A DNA stretch of 64,000 bases from an uncultured Acidobacteriota bacterium (GTDB lineage: Bacteria; Acidobacteriota; Terriglobia; Terriglobales; Acidobacteriaceae), in the NCBI GenBank assembly GCA_963788645.1, contig CAWBHF010000021.1:3410-67409 (forward strand), written 5' to 3'. Of the stretch, positions 33,654-41,905 are shown piece after piece (the first letter of the stretch is position 1; every line of letters begins with the position of its first letter). Under the pieces are notes generated by a model. It saw only the letters and a program-made list of their open reading frames with translations, was not told the origin of the DNA and ran no database searches. Made by a program: the position numbers and the translations under genes.

Positions 33654-33815
33654 TCAGCCACCAATGGCGGCTGCTTCTCCGTGAGCTTCTTCCTCGCTGA
33701 GTAAATGGGCTACGCTGCGAAGCTGTTCCGCGGCGGTTTGCAGGGCTTCGATTTGCTTGCCCAACTGAGCCTGTTCGGCTTGCTTCTTTCGGAGTACTTC
33801 ATAAATATCCTTCAC
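33654..33815 (-). CDS. Possible 53-aa coiled-coil peptide upstream of the PilZ regulator (not in the ORF track)
   Basis: A GTG start lies 6 nt after the strong RBS TAAGGAGG. My translation is VKDIYEVLRKKQAEQAQLGKQIEALQTAAEQLRSVAHLLSEEEAHGEAAAIGG. Confidence 0.45.
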   Translation of the reverse strand: MKDIYEVLRKKQAEQAQLGKQIEALQTAAEQLRSVAHLLSEEEAHGEAAAIGG

Positions 33816-33971
33816 GATTCGGCCTCCTTATTGAAATGTAGGTGCGTCCGGTTTAGCGGTCAATGAATCGGGACCGGGACCGGGTTACGGTAGTAACCTG
33901 CCGGGAGACACCGAGGCCCGAAACGGCAACCTGAAGGAAGCAAGAGCGGGCGACCGAATATACTGTTGCGC

Positions 33972-35084
33972 ATGAGGGCACAAGGAAAGCTCTGGTGGCT
34001 CGCGGCGATTCTGCTTTGTGTTGCCGCCTTGCCAGCCCAAGAACCAGCGAAATGGGAGATCGGCCCTTTCACCCGTCCCCCGAACGGCAATCCGGTCATC
34101 GCTCCCCGGCCCGAATCAATCTTTACTGATCCCATCCTTAAGAAACCGGTGCACTGGGAGATCCTGCACACGTTCAATCCAGCGGCGATCGTGCGCGATG
34201 AAAAGGTCTACGTGCTTTATCGAGCCGAGGACGACTCGGGAGCCATGGAGATCGGAGGACACACCTCGCGTCTTGGGCTGGCCGAGAGCAAGGATGGCAT
34301 CTCCTTCGTGCGCCGCCCTGATCCTGTGTTTTACCCGGCTGACGATGCGCAGCAATCTCGCGAATGGCCGGGCGGGGTCGAAGATCCGCGCATCATCGAA
34401 GCCGAAGATGGTACGTACGTCCTTACCTACACGCAGTGGAACCACAAAACATTTTCGGTAGGAATCGCAACGTCATCCGATCTGACGCACTGGACCAAGC
34501 ATGGCACGGCTTTTGCAGAGGCCAGCGGCGGGAAGTACGCGGAACTGAAGTACAAGTCAGCGGGGATCGTGACCCAGCTTGTCAAAGGCCGCCTGATCGC
34601 GACGAAGATCAATGGGCGATACTGGATGTACTGGGGCGAGGGCGCCATCCACCTGGCCACCTCGAACGATCTGATCCACTGGAACCCGGTTGAGGATGCA
34701 AAAGGCTCGCCGATCGAAGTCTTAAGTCCGCGTCCAGGCCACTTTGACAGTACCTTCCCGGAGACGGGACCGCCCCCGGTTCTGACCTCGGCGGGAATCG
34801 TCGTCCTCTATAACGGCAAGAATGCCGTCAAAGACGGGGATCCGGACTTAGGCCCCAATGCGTATGCCGCCGGGGAAGCTCTTTTCGACACAGGCGATCC
34901 CACCCGGCTCCTACGGCAGACACAGCGTCCGGTTCTCAAGCCCGAAATGCCCTATGAAAAGACTGGCCAATATGCCGCCGGAACCACCTTCGCCGAAGGC
35001 TTGGTCTACTTCCATGGCCAATGGCTGCTTTACTACGGATGTGCCGATTCGCTCGTGGCGTTAGTTGCGGCTTCCGAAAAGTAA
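33972..35084 (+). CDS. Secreted GH130-family (DUF377-type) glycosidase
   Basis: ORF 33966-35084; the ATG at 33972 starts the signal peptide MRAQGKLWWLAAILLCVAALPAQ. Diagnostic segments are HTFNPAAIVRDEKVYVLYRAED...SRLGLAESKDGISF...GGVEDPRIIEAEDGTYVLTYTQW. Confidence 0.85.
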   Translation: MRAQGKLWWLAAILLCVAALPAQEPAKWEIGPFTRPPNGNPVIAPRPESIFTDPILKKPVHWEILHTFNPAAIVRDEKVYVLYRAEDDSGAMEIGGHTSRLGLAESKDGISFVRRPDPVFYPADDAQQSREWPGGVEDPRIIEAEDGTYVLTYTQWNHKTFSVGIATSSDLTHWTKHGTAFAEASGGKYAELKYKSAGIVTQLVKGRLIATKINGRYWMYWGEGAIHLATSNDLIHWNPVEDAKGSPIEVLSPRPGHFDSTFPETGPPPVLTSAGIVVLYNGKNAVKDGDPDLGPNAYAAGEALFDTGDPTRLLRQTQRPVLKPEMPYEKTGQYAAGTTFAEGLVYFHGQWLLYYGCADSLVALVAASEK

Positions 35085-35215
35085 GGCCATCGGATTATTC
35101 CCTTGTTTTCTGTAGGTTGTGAACATTCCATCACGCGATAGCTTAGTCCGCCTTGAGATTCTATGATCCCGTGGACCTAACTGCCTATAGTTTTTGGAAT
35201 ATTTCGACGATTTCT

Positions 35216-35244
35216 GTTGACTTTTCCACAGAAAACCCATAGAA
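35216..35244 (+). promoter_or_regulatory. Sigma70-like promoter candidate
   Basis: TTGACT (35216-35221), a 17-nt spacer, then TAGAAT (35239-35244). It lies ~140 nt upstream of the 35387 gene. Confidence 0.4.
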
Positions 35245-35386
35245 TCAGAGCCTTCCGGTTAGCCTAACGGTTCAGCTGTACGGGCCGAAGTGCTATATGT
35301 ACGCCAACAGGGTGAACCCTCTTGGCACGGAACGAATCTAACTTTCTACCGGTGTAAGTTTATCTCACGCACGAGGCGTTATATTT

Positions 35387-35614
35387 ATGGCAAAACGACG
35401 CGGCAATCCTAACTGGGGCAAGCCCGAACCCATCGGACCCATTACTCCCACCGTCACCGAGTTCGAGCAAGTGGTCCGCGAATACAAGCTTTCTCCGGAT
35501 CAGTATCTGCGCTCCACCCGGCTACGCGAATGGGCTCGACGCAACAAGAACTCGAAGTACATTCCCGAACCTTTGCTTGAAGCCTGGGGATTCGAGATCG
35601 AATCCACTCTTTAA
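35387..35614 (+). CDS. Small conserved hypothetical protein
   Basis: 75 aa: MAKRRGNPNWGKPEPIGPITPTVTEFEQVVREYKLSPDQYLRSTRLREWARRNKNSKYIPEPLLEAWGF. It is followed by a terminator hairpin. Confidence 0.6.
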   Translation: MAKRRGNPNWGKPEPIGPITPTVTEFEQVVREYKLSPDQYLRSTRLREWARRNKNSKYIPEPLLEAWGFEIESTL

Positions 35615-35637
35615 CGAAACATGGAATAACAACTGAG

Positions 35638-35667
35638 GGTCGCCCGAGCGGCGGCCCTTTATTCTTG
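35638..35667 (+). terminator. Rho-independent terminator candidate
   Basis: GGGTCGCC-CGAGC-GGCGGCCC followed by TTTATTCTT. Confidence 0.55.
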
Positions 35668-35695
35668 CCCGGAACTTTCCGGACCAAGGTCGCAA

Positions 35696-36319
35696 GTGTT
35701 AGCCCTCACCATCACGAGCATTCCGCGCAGTGAACTCGTGGCGCTGCTGATAGCCACCAGCTTCGCCGCCGGACTCAATGTTTATGCTACGGTGGCCACG
35801 CTTGGATTACTGGCGCACGCCGGGGTTCTCCCGATGCCACCCACGCTACAACTTCTATCGAGCTGGTACGTCATCGGGGCCAGCGGCGTGATGTTCTCCA
35901 TCGAGTTCTTCGCCGACAAGATTCCCGCCTTCGACTTGATCTGGAACGCGCTGCATACTTTTATTCGGATCCCGGTCGCCGCTCTGCTCGCCTACCGAGC
36001 TACCGCGACACTCTCGCCCTGGGAGCAACTGGCGGCCACGGTTGCCGGCGGCGCCATCGCCCTCGCTGCCCACGGAGGCAAGACCGCACTCCGAGCTGCC
36101 GTCACGCCTTCCCCAGAGCCATTTTCAAACGCGGCCCTAAGCCTCGGCGAAGATGGCCTCGCCATCTTCCTTACCTGGTTCGCTACCCAGCATCCGTACG
36201 GAGCGATCGCCATCGTCGGCCTGTTTCTCATCGTGATCGTGGTACTGACCCGCTGGGTAGTACGCTCCCTCAAGACGCTGTTCCGCGGAGCCGAGCATGA
36301 ACTGGCACCAAGGCATTAA
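35696..36319 (+). CDS. DUF4126-family membrane protein
   Basis: 207 aa with a GTG start: LLIATSFAAGLNVYATVATLGLL...SIEFFADKIPAFDLIWNALHTFIRIPVAALLAY. Confidence 0.8.
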   Translation: MLALTITSIPRSELVALLIATSFAAGLNVYATVATLGLLAHAGVLPMPPTLQLLSSWYVIGASGVMFSIEFFADKIPAFDLIWNALHTFIRIPVAALLAYRATATLSPWEQLAATVAGGAIALAAHGGKTALRAAVTPSPEPFSNAALSLGEDGLAIFLTWFATQHPYGAIAIVGLFLIVIVVLTRWVVRSLKTLFRGAEHELAPRH

Positions 36320-36347
36320 CGTCGAGCGTACTGTCTTTTTAGAGGAC

Positions 36348-36392
36348 GTCATTCCGAAGCCTCGCGTTTTCACCCGCGGCGAGGAATCTGCG
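36348..36392. repeat. REP-like palindromic element (GTCATTCCGA... type)
   Basis: GTCATTCCGAAGCCTCGCGTTTTCACCCGCGGCGAGGAATCTGCG, with an internal CCTCGC/GCGAGG stem. It belongs to the same family as the elements at 37705, 37815, 38165 and 38305. Confidence 0.6.
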
Positions 36393-36487
36393 CGGTCCAT
36401 TTCAAACTGAGCCACCACTACGTCGTCGCAAAGTTGACAATTCTCTGACAATCGCCTTTTAAGCCTCTTTGTTACAATCGTGCTGTT

Positions 36488-37654
36488 ATGGTGCCGCAAT
36501 CGGCCTTCACCGACGTTCCGACCGCCATCGAGGAAATCCGCGCCGGCCGCATGGTCGTTGTCGTCGATGACGAGGATCGCGAGAACGAAGGCGACCTCAC
36601 CCTCGCCGCCGAGAAAGTCACCCCCGAACTCATCAACTTCATGGCCAAGTACGGACGCGGCCTGGTCTGCCTGGCCATGACTGAGGAGCGGCTGGACCAT
36701 TTGCGTATCGGTCCCATGACCACCGAGAACACTTCGAACTACGGCACCGCGTTTTGCGAAGCGATTGACGCCCGCGACGGAGTGACCACCGGAATTTCCG
36801 CTTATGATCGCTCCCGTACCATCAAGGTCGCGATCGATCCCGCCACGCGCCCTTCCGATCTGGCTCGTCCCGGACACGTCTTCCCGCTGCAGGCTCGCAA
36901 AGGCGGCGTGCTGGTCCGCGCCGGCCAGACCGAAGCCTCGGTCGATCTCGCCCGCATGGCCGGACTGATTCCCGCGGGCGTGATCTGCGAAATCATGCGC
37001 GACGACGGAACCATGGCGCGCGTTCCCGACCTCATCGAGTTCTGCAAAACCCACAGCATGAAGATGCTGACCGTCGCCGAACTCATCCGCTATCGCATGC
37101 AGCACGAGCGCTACGTGCACCGCGTTGGCGAAGCGCTGATTGGCACACGTCACGGCGAGTTCCGCCTGATTGCCTACGAGAGCGAAGTGGACGGCGGCGA
37201 ATCCCACGTGGCGTTGGTACGTGGTGACATTGAACACGACGACGAGCCGGTTCTCGTCCGCATGCATTCGCATTGCGTGATGGGCGACGTCTTCGGATCG
37301 ACCGCCTGCGATTGTCACGCGACCATTGAAGGCTCGATGAAAGCCATCGCCCGCGAAGGCCGCGGCGCGCTCATCTATCTGCATCAAACGTCGAAAGGCT
37401 TTTCGGTCGAGAGCATCGGAGAGCGCAAAATGCTCACCTTCCATCGCGACAAGCGCCTTCCGTCGCTACCCGAGAGCGAGCGCAAGACCCAGCGCGAAAT
37501 CGGCATCGGCGCCCAGATTTTGTCGGACTTGAATCTGCGCCGCATTCGTCTGCTCACCAACCATCCAAGAAAAGTTCCAGCCCTCGAAGGCTTCGACATC
37601 GAGATCGTAGAACAAGTCCCGGTGCTGCTGGACAAGGTGAAAACTCGTTCTTGA
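36488..37654 (+). CDS. ribBA: Bifunctional 3,4-dihydroxy-2-butanone-4-phosphate synthase / GTP cyclohydrolase II
   Basis: 388 aa. [16 protein letters not shown]...GRGLVCLAM...HVFPL...[22 protein letters not shown] is the DHBPS part. [21 protein letters not shown] and RDYGIGAQIL-like [14 protein letters not shown] are the GCHII part. Confidence 0.95.
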   Translation: MVPQSAFTDVPTAIEEIRAGRMVVVVDDEDRENEGDLTLAAEKVTPELINFMAKYGRGLVCLAMTEERLDHLRIGPMTTENTSNYGTAFCEAIDARDGVTTGISAYDRSRTIKVAIDPATRPSDLARPGHVFPLQARKGGVLVRAGQTEASVDLARMAGLIPAGVICEIMRDDGTMARVPDLIEFCKTHSMKMLTVAELIRYRMQHERYVHRVGEALIGTRHGEFRLIAYESEVDGGESHVALVRGDIEHDDEPVLVRMHSHCVMGDVFGSTACDCHATIEGSMKAIAREGRGALIYLHQTSKGFSVESIGERKMLTFHRDKRLPSLPESERKTQREIGIGAQILSDLNLRRIRLLTNHPRKVPALEGFDIEIVEQVPVLLDKVKTRS

Positions 37655-37704
37655 AGTTATGCTCGGATTCCCCAGCGAGACGTCACGTCATAAAAAATTC
37701 AACT

Positions 37705-37735
37705 GTCATCCTGAGCGAAGCGAAGGATCTATGCA
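37705..37735. repeat. REP-like element (GTCATCCTGAGCGAAGCGAAGGATC type)
   Basis: Sequence seen directly. Related copies are embedded in the two 289-bp direct repeats. Confidence 0.6.
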
Positions 37736-37761
37736 TTGTCTTTGCAGCGTATATCCAGCGT

Positions 37762-38050
37762 GGGTGCCCCATCCTGACGTCGCAGAATAGCCCGATCCAA
37801 CCCGAAAAGGTCAGTCATCCTGAGCGGAGGCGTCGTTCGCGAAGCGAATGACGCCGCAGTCGAAGGATCCCGCTGCGGCCAGTTCAATCGACAGGCCTCA
37901 GGGAATTCTCACAGTCAGAGCTAGCGGCAATCTGGTGGGAACGCCTTTTCACATCATCGCGCGCGGGTGCCCCATCCTAACGTCGCGGAAATAGTCCGAT
38001 CTTAACCTCACTCTAGTTCTGCGACGTTTAGGGTGGGGATTTTGACCTTC
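37762..38050 (+). repeat. Composite ~289-bp repeat, unit 1 (MITE-like, with internal inverted repeats)
   Basis: Near-identical to 38255-38540. It contains GGGTGCCCCATCCT(G/A)ACGTCGC twice in forward orientation and once inverted (GCGACGTTTAGGGTGGGGATTTT), plus a GTCATCCTGAGCGGAGGCGTCGTTCGCGAAGCGAATGACGCC hairpin. Confidence 0.8.
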
Positions 38051-38070
38051 TGATCGCTGGAGGTACTCCG

Positions 38071-38113
38071 CCGGGTGCCCCGCTCCTTGCGTTTTTTGCA
38101 AGGGGCGGGTGAC
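38071..38113. repeat. REP-like hairpin
   Basis: CCCGCTCCTTGC-GTTTTTT-GCAAGGGGCGGG. Confidence 0.55.
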
Positions 38114-38164
38114 CCACTTAAGCCCGGTTTTGGCTCACCGCGATATTCAGCTCTCCCCAACTCT

Positions 38165-38220
38165 GTCATCCCGACCGAAACAGATCATCGCAAAGCGATG
38201 ATCTGTGGAGTGGAGGGACC
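38165..38220. repeat. REP-like element (GTCATCCCGA... type) with an internal hairpin
   Basis: GTCATCCCGACCGAAACAGATCATCGCAAAGCGATGATCTGTGGAGTGGAGGGACC. Confidence 0.55.
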
Positions 38221-38254
38221 TTGTGTTGAAATGTGCATCGGACAGCGGCCATCC

Positions 38255-38540
38255 GGGTGCCCCATCCTAACGTCACAGAATAGTCCGATCCAACCCGAAA
38301 AGGTCAGTCATCCTGAGCGGAGGCGTCGTTCGCGAAGCGAATGACGCCGCAGTCGAAGGACCCCGCTGCGGCCAGTTCAACCGACAGGCCTCAGGGAATT
38401 CTCACAGTCAGAGCGAGCGGCAATCTGGCGGGAACGCCTTTCACATCATCGCGCGGGTGCGCCATCCTAACGTCGCCGGAAATAATCCGATGCCAATCTC
38501 ACTCTGGTTCTGCGACGTTAGGGTGGGGATTTTGACCTTC
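38255..38540 (+). repeat. Composite ~286-bp repeat, unit 2
   Basis: Direct repeat of 37762-38050 with a 493-bp period and only scattered substitutions and 1-3-nt indels by eye. Confidence 0.8.
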
Positions 38541-38554
38541 CCCTTTTTGGCATG

Positions 38555-38700
38555 TGACCGTGGCTGGCCCACCTTTGCGGGTTTTGAAAAAAGCGGGACG
38601 AATGCAGCCTGCGTCCCGATTTTCCACCCGTGACTGCCGACCTCATCGTTCCCACCCTCACAACGAACGTAAAGGTGAGCCAGCCCCCGAAAGGCCAACG
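38555..38700 (+). repeat. ~145-bp interspersed repeat, copy E1
   Basis: GGCTGGCCCACCTTTGCGGGTTTTG...GCAGCCTGCGTCCCGATTTTCCACCCGTGACTGCCGACCTCATCGTTCCCACC... aligns with 39300-39445. Confidence 0.7.
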
Positions 38701-38820
38701 AACGGACGGAAGGCTTCGTCCAGGTGTAGAACCGCCCACCCAAGCAGAACGAGCTTGAGTGGGCCACCGGCCTAATTTCGGTGTACGATATCCGCGTGTA
38801 GAGCATTAGAGGATACCTTC

Positions 38821-39294
38821 ATGAGTCAAGCGGAGATCACGTTCGCGGTTATCGTCGGCATAATCTCGGCGCTGGGCGTCGTGGGAGGCGCTATCCTTAC
38901 CGCATACGCGGGCGATAGGGCAGCGAGGCTCGCGCTTAAGGGCGTGGAACGGCAGATCGCATTGAATTATGCGGTCAAGATGTCTGAATTGCGACAGCTC
39001 TGGATCAACGATCTTCGTGACGCAATGGCTGGGTTTCACTCAGTCGCGATCCTGCCCGGGTCGCTCGATAAGCGCGAGTTCTTTAGGCTTGGTACGAAGA
39101 TCGAATTGCTGATGAATCGCAAGGACCCACGCTATTCGGAGCTAAACGAATGCATGTATGAATTCCTGGCGGCCGAGTCGAGAGAGGAAAAGTGGTCATG
39201 CAACGCCCCGTTTGTAACGATTTGCCAAGACATCTTGAAGACTGAATGGGGGCTTCTAAAAACGGAACTTGCAAGCGCCAACCTCCCACGCTGA
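38821..39294 (+). CDS. Hypothetical single-TM protein
   Basis: 157 aa. The N-terminal TM is ITFAVIVGIISALGVVGGAILTAYAG. The remainder is soluble with no recognisable domain. The gene is flanked by direct repeats E1 and E2. Confidence 0.55.
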   Translation: MSQAEITFAVIVGIISALGVVGGAILTAYAGDRAARLALKGVERQIALNYAVKMSELRQLWINDLRDAMAGFHSVAILPGSLDKREFFRLGTKIELLMNRKDPRYSELNECMYEFLAAESREEKWSCNAPFVTICQDILKTEWGLLKTELASANLPR

Positions 39295-39299
39295 AGACT

Positions 39300-39445
39300 G
39301 ACACGGCCGGCCCACCTTTGCGGGTTTTGCAAAGCCGGGGACTAACGCAGCCTGCGTCCCAGTTTTCCATCCGTGACGCCGACCTCATCGTTCTCACCTT
39401 TACAAAGAACTTAAAGGCTAGCCAGCACCCCATCAACAGAGCCAG
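39300..39445 (+). repeat. ~145-bp interspersed repeat, copy E2
   Basis: GGCCGGCCCACCTTTGCGGGTTTTGCAAAGCCGGGG...GCAGCCTGCGTCCCAGTTTTCCATCCGTGACGCCGACCTCATCGTTCTCACC... It has the same orientation as E1. Confidence 0.7.
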
Positions 39446-39472
39446 CCACAAGGTGTATCATTTCAGCCGTCT

Positions 39473-40258
39473 ATGGACTGGTCGAAGTATCCTCTAGAGA
39501 AACTCAGCTACTATGTCGCGGGAGTGATCCCCGGCTTCGTGGCGCTGCTGATATACCACCTCGCCGCCCCAGGTTCTTTCGCTTGGTTCTTCTCGCTCTG
39601 TTTTCTCGGGTATCGGATGAAGCTCACTCTCATCATCTTGGCGGCCTTTGTGATTGGGAACAGCATGACGAGGTTCTTGTACGGAGGCTTTGCGATGGTG
39701 GGTGGCGTGATCGGTTCTGTCGTCGGAAGGCGTCCGTACAAACCGCCGCACACAGTCTCAGGCGCTCCCTGGCGAGACACTCGATGGCGCGTCGCTCTCA
39801 AGAAGTACCTGGGAGATGACGCACCCAAAGACACTATTCTCATCTCACAAGACCTTTACAATCTCAAGCTACAGATGGCGAATCAGCAACCACCCGCGCA
39901 GATTCAGCGAGCAATCGCGGAGGCCGAGAACGAGAAACTGAGTGCCGAAATAGATGACTTGAACTGGTCTCGATGGTACGACCATTTCCATTGGCTCGTT
40001 CTGACCTCGATGGAGCGAGACTTTGCCTTCTACGTAGAGAGAGGTCTTCATTACAATCTGCAAACCGCTTCGGTATACATTCTCATCAGCGCCTGTTTCG
40101 TTCCCGCCCTCCGCCACTGGTGGGTTTTGGCGCCCACATCACTGTGGACCCTCTTTTTGCTGGCGGAAGAGTATGCCGGTCTCATGCAATGGCTCAACAA
40201 GTACTCGACTACCTCCAAACAGATCACCTATCTATCCAAACTTAGTTCTAAGGGTTGA
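39473..40258 (+). CDS. Hypothetical multi-TM membrane protein
   Basis: 261 aa. There are about 3 N-terminal and 2 C-terminal hydrophobic helices around a ~110-aa hydrophilic, partly coiled-coil segment. No recognisable domain. Confidence 0.6.
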   Translation: MDWSKYPLEKLSYYVAGVIPGFVALLIYHLAAPGSFAWFFSLCFLGYRMKLTLIILAAFVIGNSMTRFLYGGFAMVGGVIGSVVGRRPYKPPHTVSGAPWRDTRWRVALKKYLGDDAPKDTILISQDLYNLKLQMANQQPPAQIQRAIAEAENEKLSAEIDDLNWSRWYDHFHWLVLTSMERDFAFYVERGLHYNLQTASVYILISACFVPALRHWWVLAPTSLWTLFLLAEEYAGLMQWLNKYSTTSKQITYLSKLSSKG

Positions 40259-40689
40259 TCCTCTTCCCCGACCGGGCCCGGTGCCCCAGGTTCGCGCACT
40301 TTACGTTTCCCATTTCGGGAATCGTCTTCAGCCCCCATCCACTTTTTTCTTGATCTCATTCCCTTGCCATCGATATAATAGAACAACACAGGTTATCTAC
40401 AAGATAACCGCGTTCTTTGACAACTTGACAAGGCGATTGCCAAAGGCTGAATCCGACGAACAAGGCAGACACGCTAACCCCAATGTTTAGAATATTTTGC
40501 CTGTAACTGCCTTTAGAACCATAGATCTACAAGGCAAGAAAAATTCCGGCTCTTTGTTTTCTAGATTTTGGGCGAAATTGAGTGTTTTTTTTGAGAGCGA
40601 TTCTGCACCAGAATAGGTGCAGTCTGCGAACTAAGTCGAAGGACGCGCAGGGACCACATCCAGTCGGCAGCATCCGCATGCTGGCGGCG

Positions 40690-40953
40690 TCAGAACGGCT
40701 TTCGACTCACCACCTGGCTGTCGTTGATGAAGAACTGCGCCGGGCACTGGTTGGAGCCGCAGATGACGGGCAGCAGTCCGGCGAGCTGCTTGCGCGTGAT
40801 CAGGCCCAGAGTCCCGCATTCCGGGCAGGAGAGCACGGCCCAGTAGGGGTCGTCTTTTTCTCCGACGCGGCCGGCGTTCTCCAGCACAAAAATCGTGCCG
40901 GGCAGCATCTGTTCAGGGATCCATTGGCTTAGGACGTCGAGTTCTCCAACCAT
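40690..40953 (-). CDS. Small hypothetical protein with a CPEC...C-x5-C motif
   Basis: 87 aa. A strong RBS AAGGAGG lies 5 nt upstream of the ATG. The gene is downstream of the MerR-type gene and co-directional with it. Confidence 0.6.
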   Translation of the reverse strand: MVGELDVLSQWIPEQMLPGTIFVLENAGRVGEKDDPYWAVLSCPECGTLGLITRKQLAGLLPVICGSNQCPAQFFINDSQVVSRKPF

Positions 40954-41015
40954 TTCGCCTCCTTGAATTCACTCAAACAAATTTGGGGCCGCTATGTGGA
41001 ACTGAACTTCCCTGC

Positions 41016-41486
41016 TTATGAAGCCTGCCTTACTTTGCGCGATGAACGAGATGGATTCGCCGCGCTGCTGTTCTTGGCGCGTATGTCGGCTCGCACCTGC
41101 CGTACGGCGTCGGTCAGACACACCGTCAACATGGGCTGGCGCGCGTTTTTCAAGATGTCCACAATCTGCCGGGGCGACGTTTCGAGATACAGAGTCTTGC
41201 CGTCGGTCAGCAGATGGTATTCAGAAGCGCCGCTGACAGTCTCGGCCAGCCGCTTACCAAATTCCCGCTGCAGGAAGCGCATAACTTTACGCACCCGCTG
41301 CAGAGAGAATCCGCGGCGCCGCAACTGGCAAATCACGGCGACCTCGGCGAGGTCTTCCATGGAATACAAGCGGCGACGGCCTTCGCGAGCCGGAACCACG
41401 ATGCGGCGCTCATCCCACCACTGCAGTTGCCGGGGCGTGATGCCGGTGAGCGAAACCACGTCGCGAGATGTAAAAGGTTGCTGCAT
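41016..41486 (-). CDS. MerR-family transcriptional regulator
   Basis: 156 aa: FTSRDVVSLTGITPRQLQWWDERRIVVPAREGRRRLYSMEDLAEVAVICQLRRRGFSLQRVRKVMRFL. Confidence 0.85.
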   Translation of the reverse strand: MQQPFTSRDVVSLTGITPRQLQWWDERRIVVPAREGRRRLYSMEDLAEVAVICQLRRRGFSLQRVRKVMRFLQREFGKRLAETVSGASEYHLLTDGKTLYLETSPRQIVDILKNARQPMLTVCLTDAVRQVRADIRAKNSSAANPSRSSRKVRQAS

Positions 41487-41603
41487 GCAAAGCCAGAAAA
41501 TGTTTCAAACAATTACGGAGCCAAATGTTTGGAACATTTTAGGCGCGGATGGGCAGGTGTCAACTGTGGATTTCACCAAAGAGGGGTTGACTAGGCGAGT
41601 TCC

Positions 41604-41822
41604 TCAAGAAGGTTGGGGGTCGCGGCCGCCGCCTACGAAGTGAACAATCTCTAAGCGGTCACCGTCGGCGAGATTAGTTCCCTGCCATTGCTCGCGGGGA
41701 ACGATGCTGCGATTCAGCTCCACGGCGACGCGATCCGCTTTCATGTCCAATTGTTCGACAAGGCCGGCAAGAGTGAGGGGAGGGTTGAAATCGCAGGCTT
41801 CGCCATTGATCTGCAGCTTCAT
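41604..41822 (-). CDS. thiS: ThiS/MoaD-like sulfur-carrier (beta-grasp) protein with 6 residues after the Gly-Gly motif
   Basis: 72 aa: MKLQINGEACDF...LAGLVEQLDMKADRVAVELNRSIVPREQW..TNLADGDRLEIVHFVGGG then RDPQPS before the stop. Confidence 0.7.
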   Translation of the reverse strand: MKLQINGEACDFNPPLTLAGLVEQLDMKADRVAVELNRSIVPREQWQGTNLADGDRLEIVHFVGGGRDPQPS

Positions 41823-41905
41823 ATGATTTGGATTTTCGCAGCTCGCGGAAAAACTGTCGAGCTTTGCTCGGCCGGGCAGTCCGGGGCTTGCCGCTTCCGC
41901 CCGAT

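Noticed and set aside
35157-35246. 9-bp inverted repeat GATTCTATG / CATAGAATC bracketing the 35216 promoter, plus repeated TTTCTGT words
   Set aside because: It might be an operator pair overlapping the -10. A single 9-bp match at ~75-nt distance is not statistically compelling, and no regulator is adjacent.
36320-36487. FMN (RFN) riboswitch upstream of ribBA
   Set aside because: None of the conserved RFN segments (for example GGTGAAATTCC or CCGACGGT-type cores) are visible. The spacer holds a REP-like palindrome and promoter-like hexamers (TTGACA 36434, TACAAT 36473) whose spacing does not give one clean promoter.
36137-37444. 435-aa minus-strand ORF, the longest unexplained ORF in the track
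   Set aside because: It lies entirely antisense to ribBA, whose product is unmistakable. Its translation is a low-complexity G/A/R/D/H-rich string typical of the antisense frame of a GC-rich gene. The same reasoning rejects 17432-18580(-), 24842-25729(-), 44380-45183(-), 45285-46145(-), 46974-47876(-), 48399-49034(-), 41828-42553(+), 6555-7091(+) and similar shadow ORFs.
37762-38540. CRISPR array, suggested by repeated GGGTGCCCCATCCTAACGTCGC units
   Set aside because: The copies occur in both orientations at irregular spacing (about 200, 50, 215 nt...). They are part of a duplicated 289-bp composite, and there are no cas genes. This is REP/MITE behaviour.
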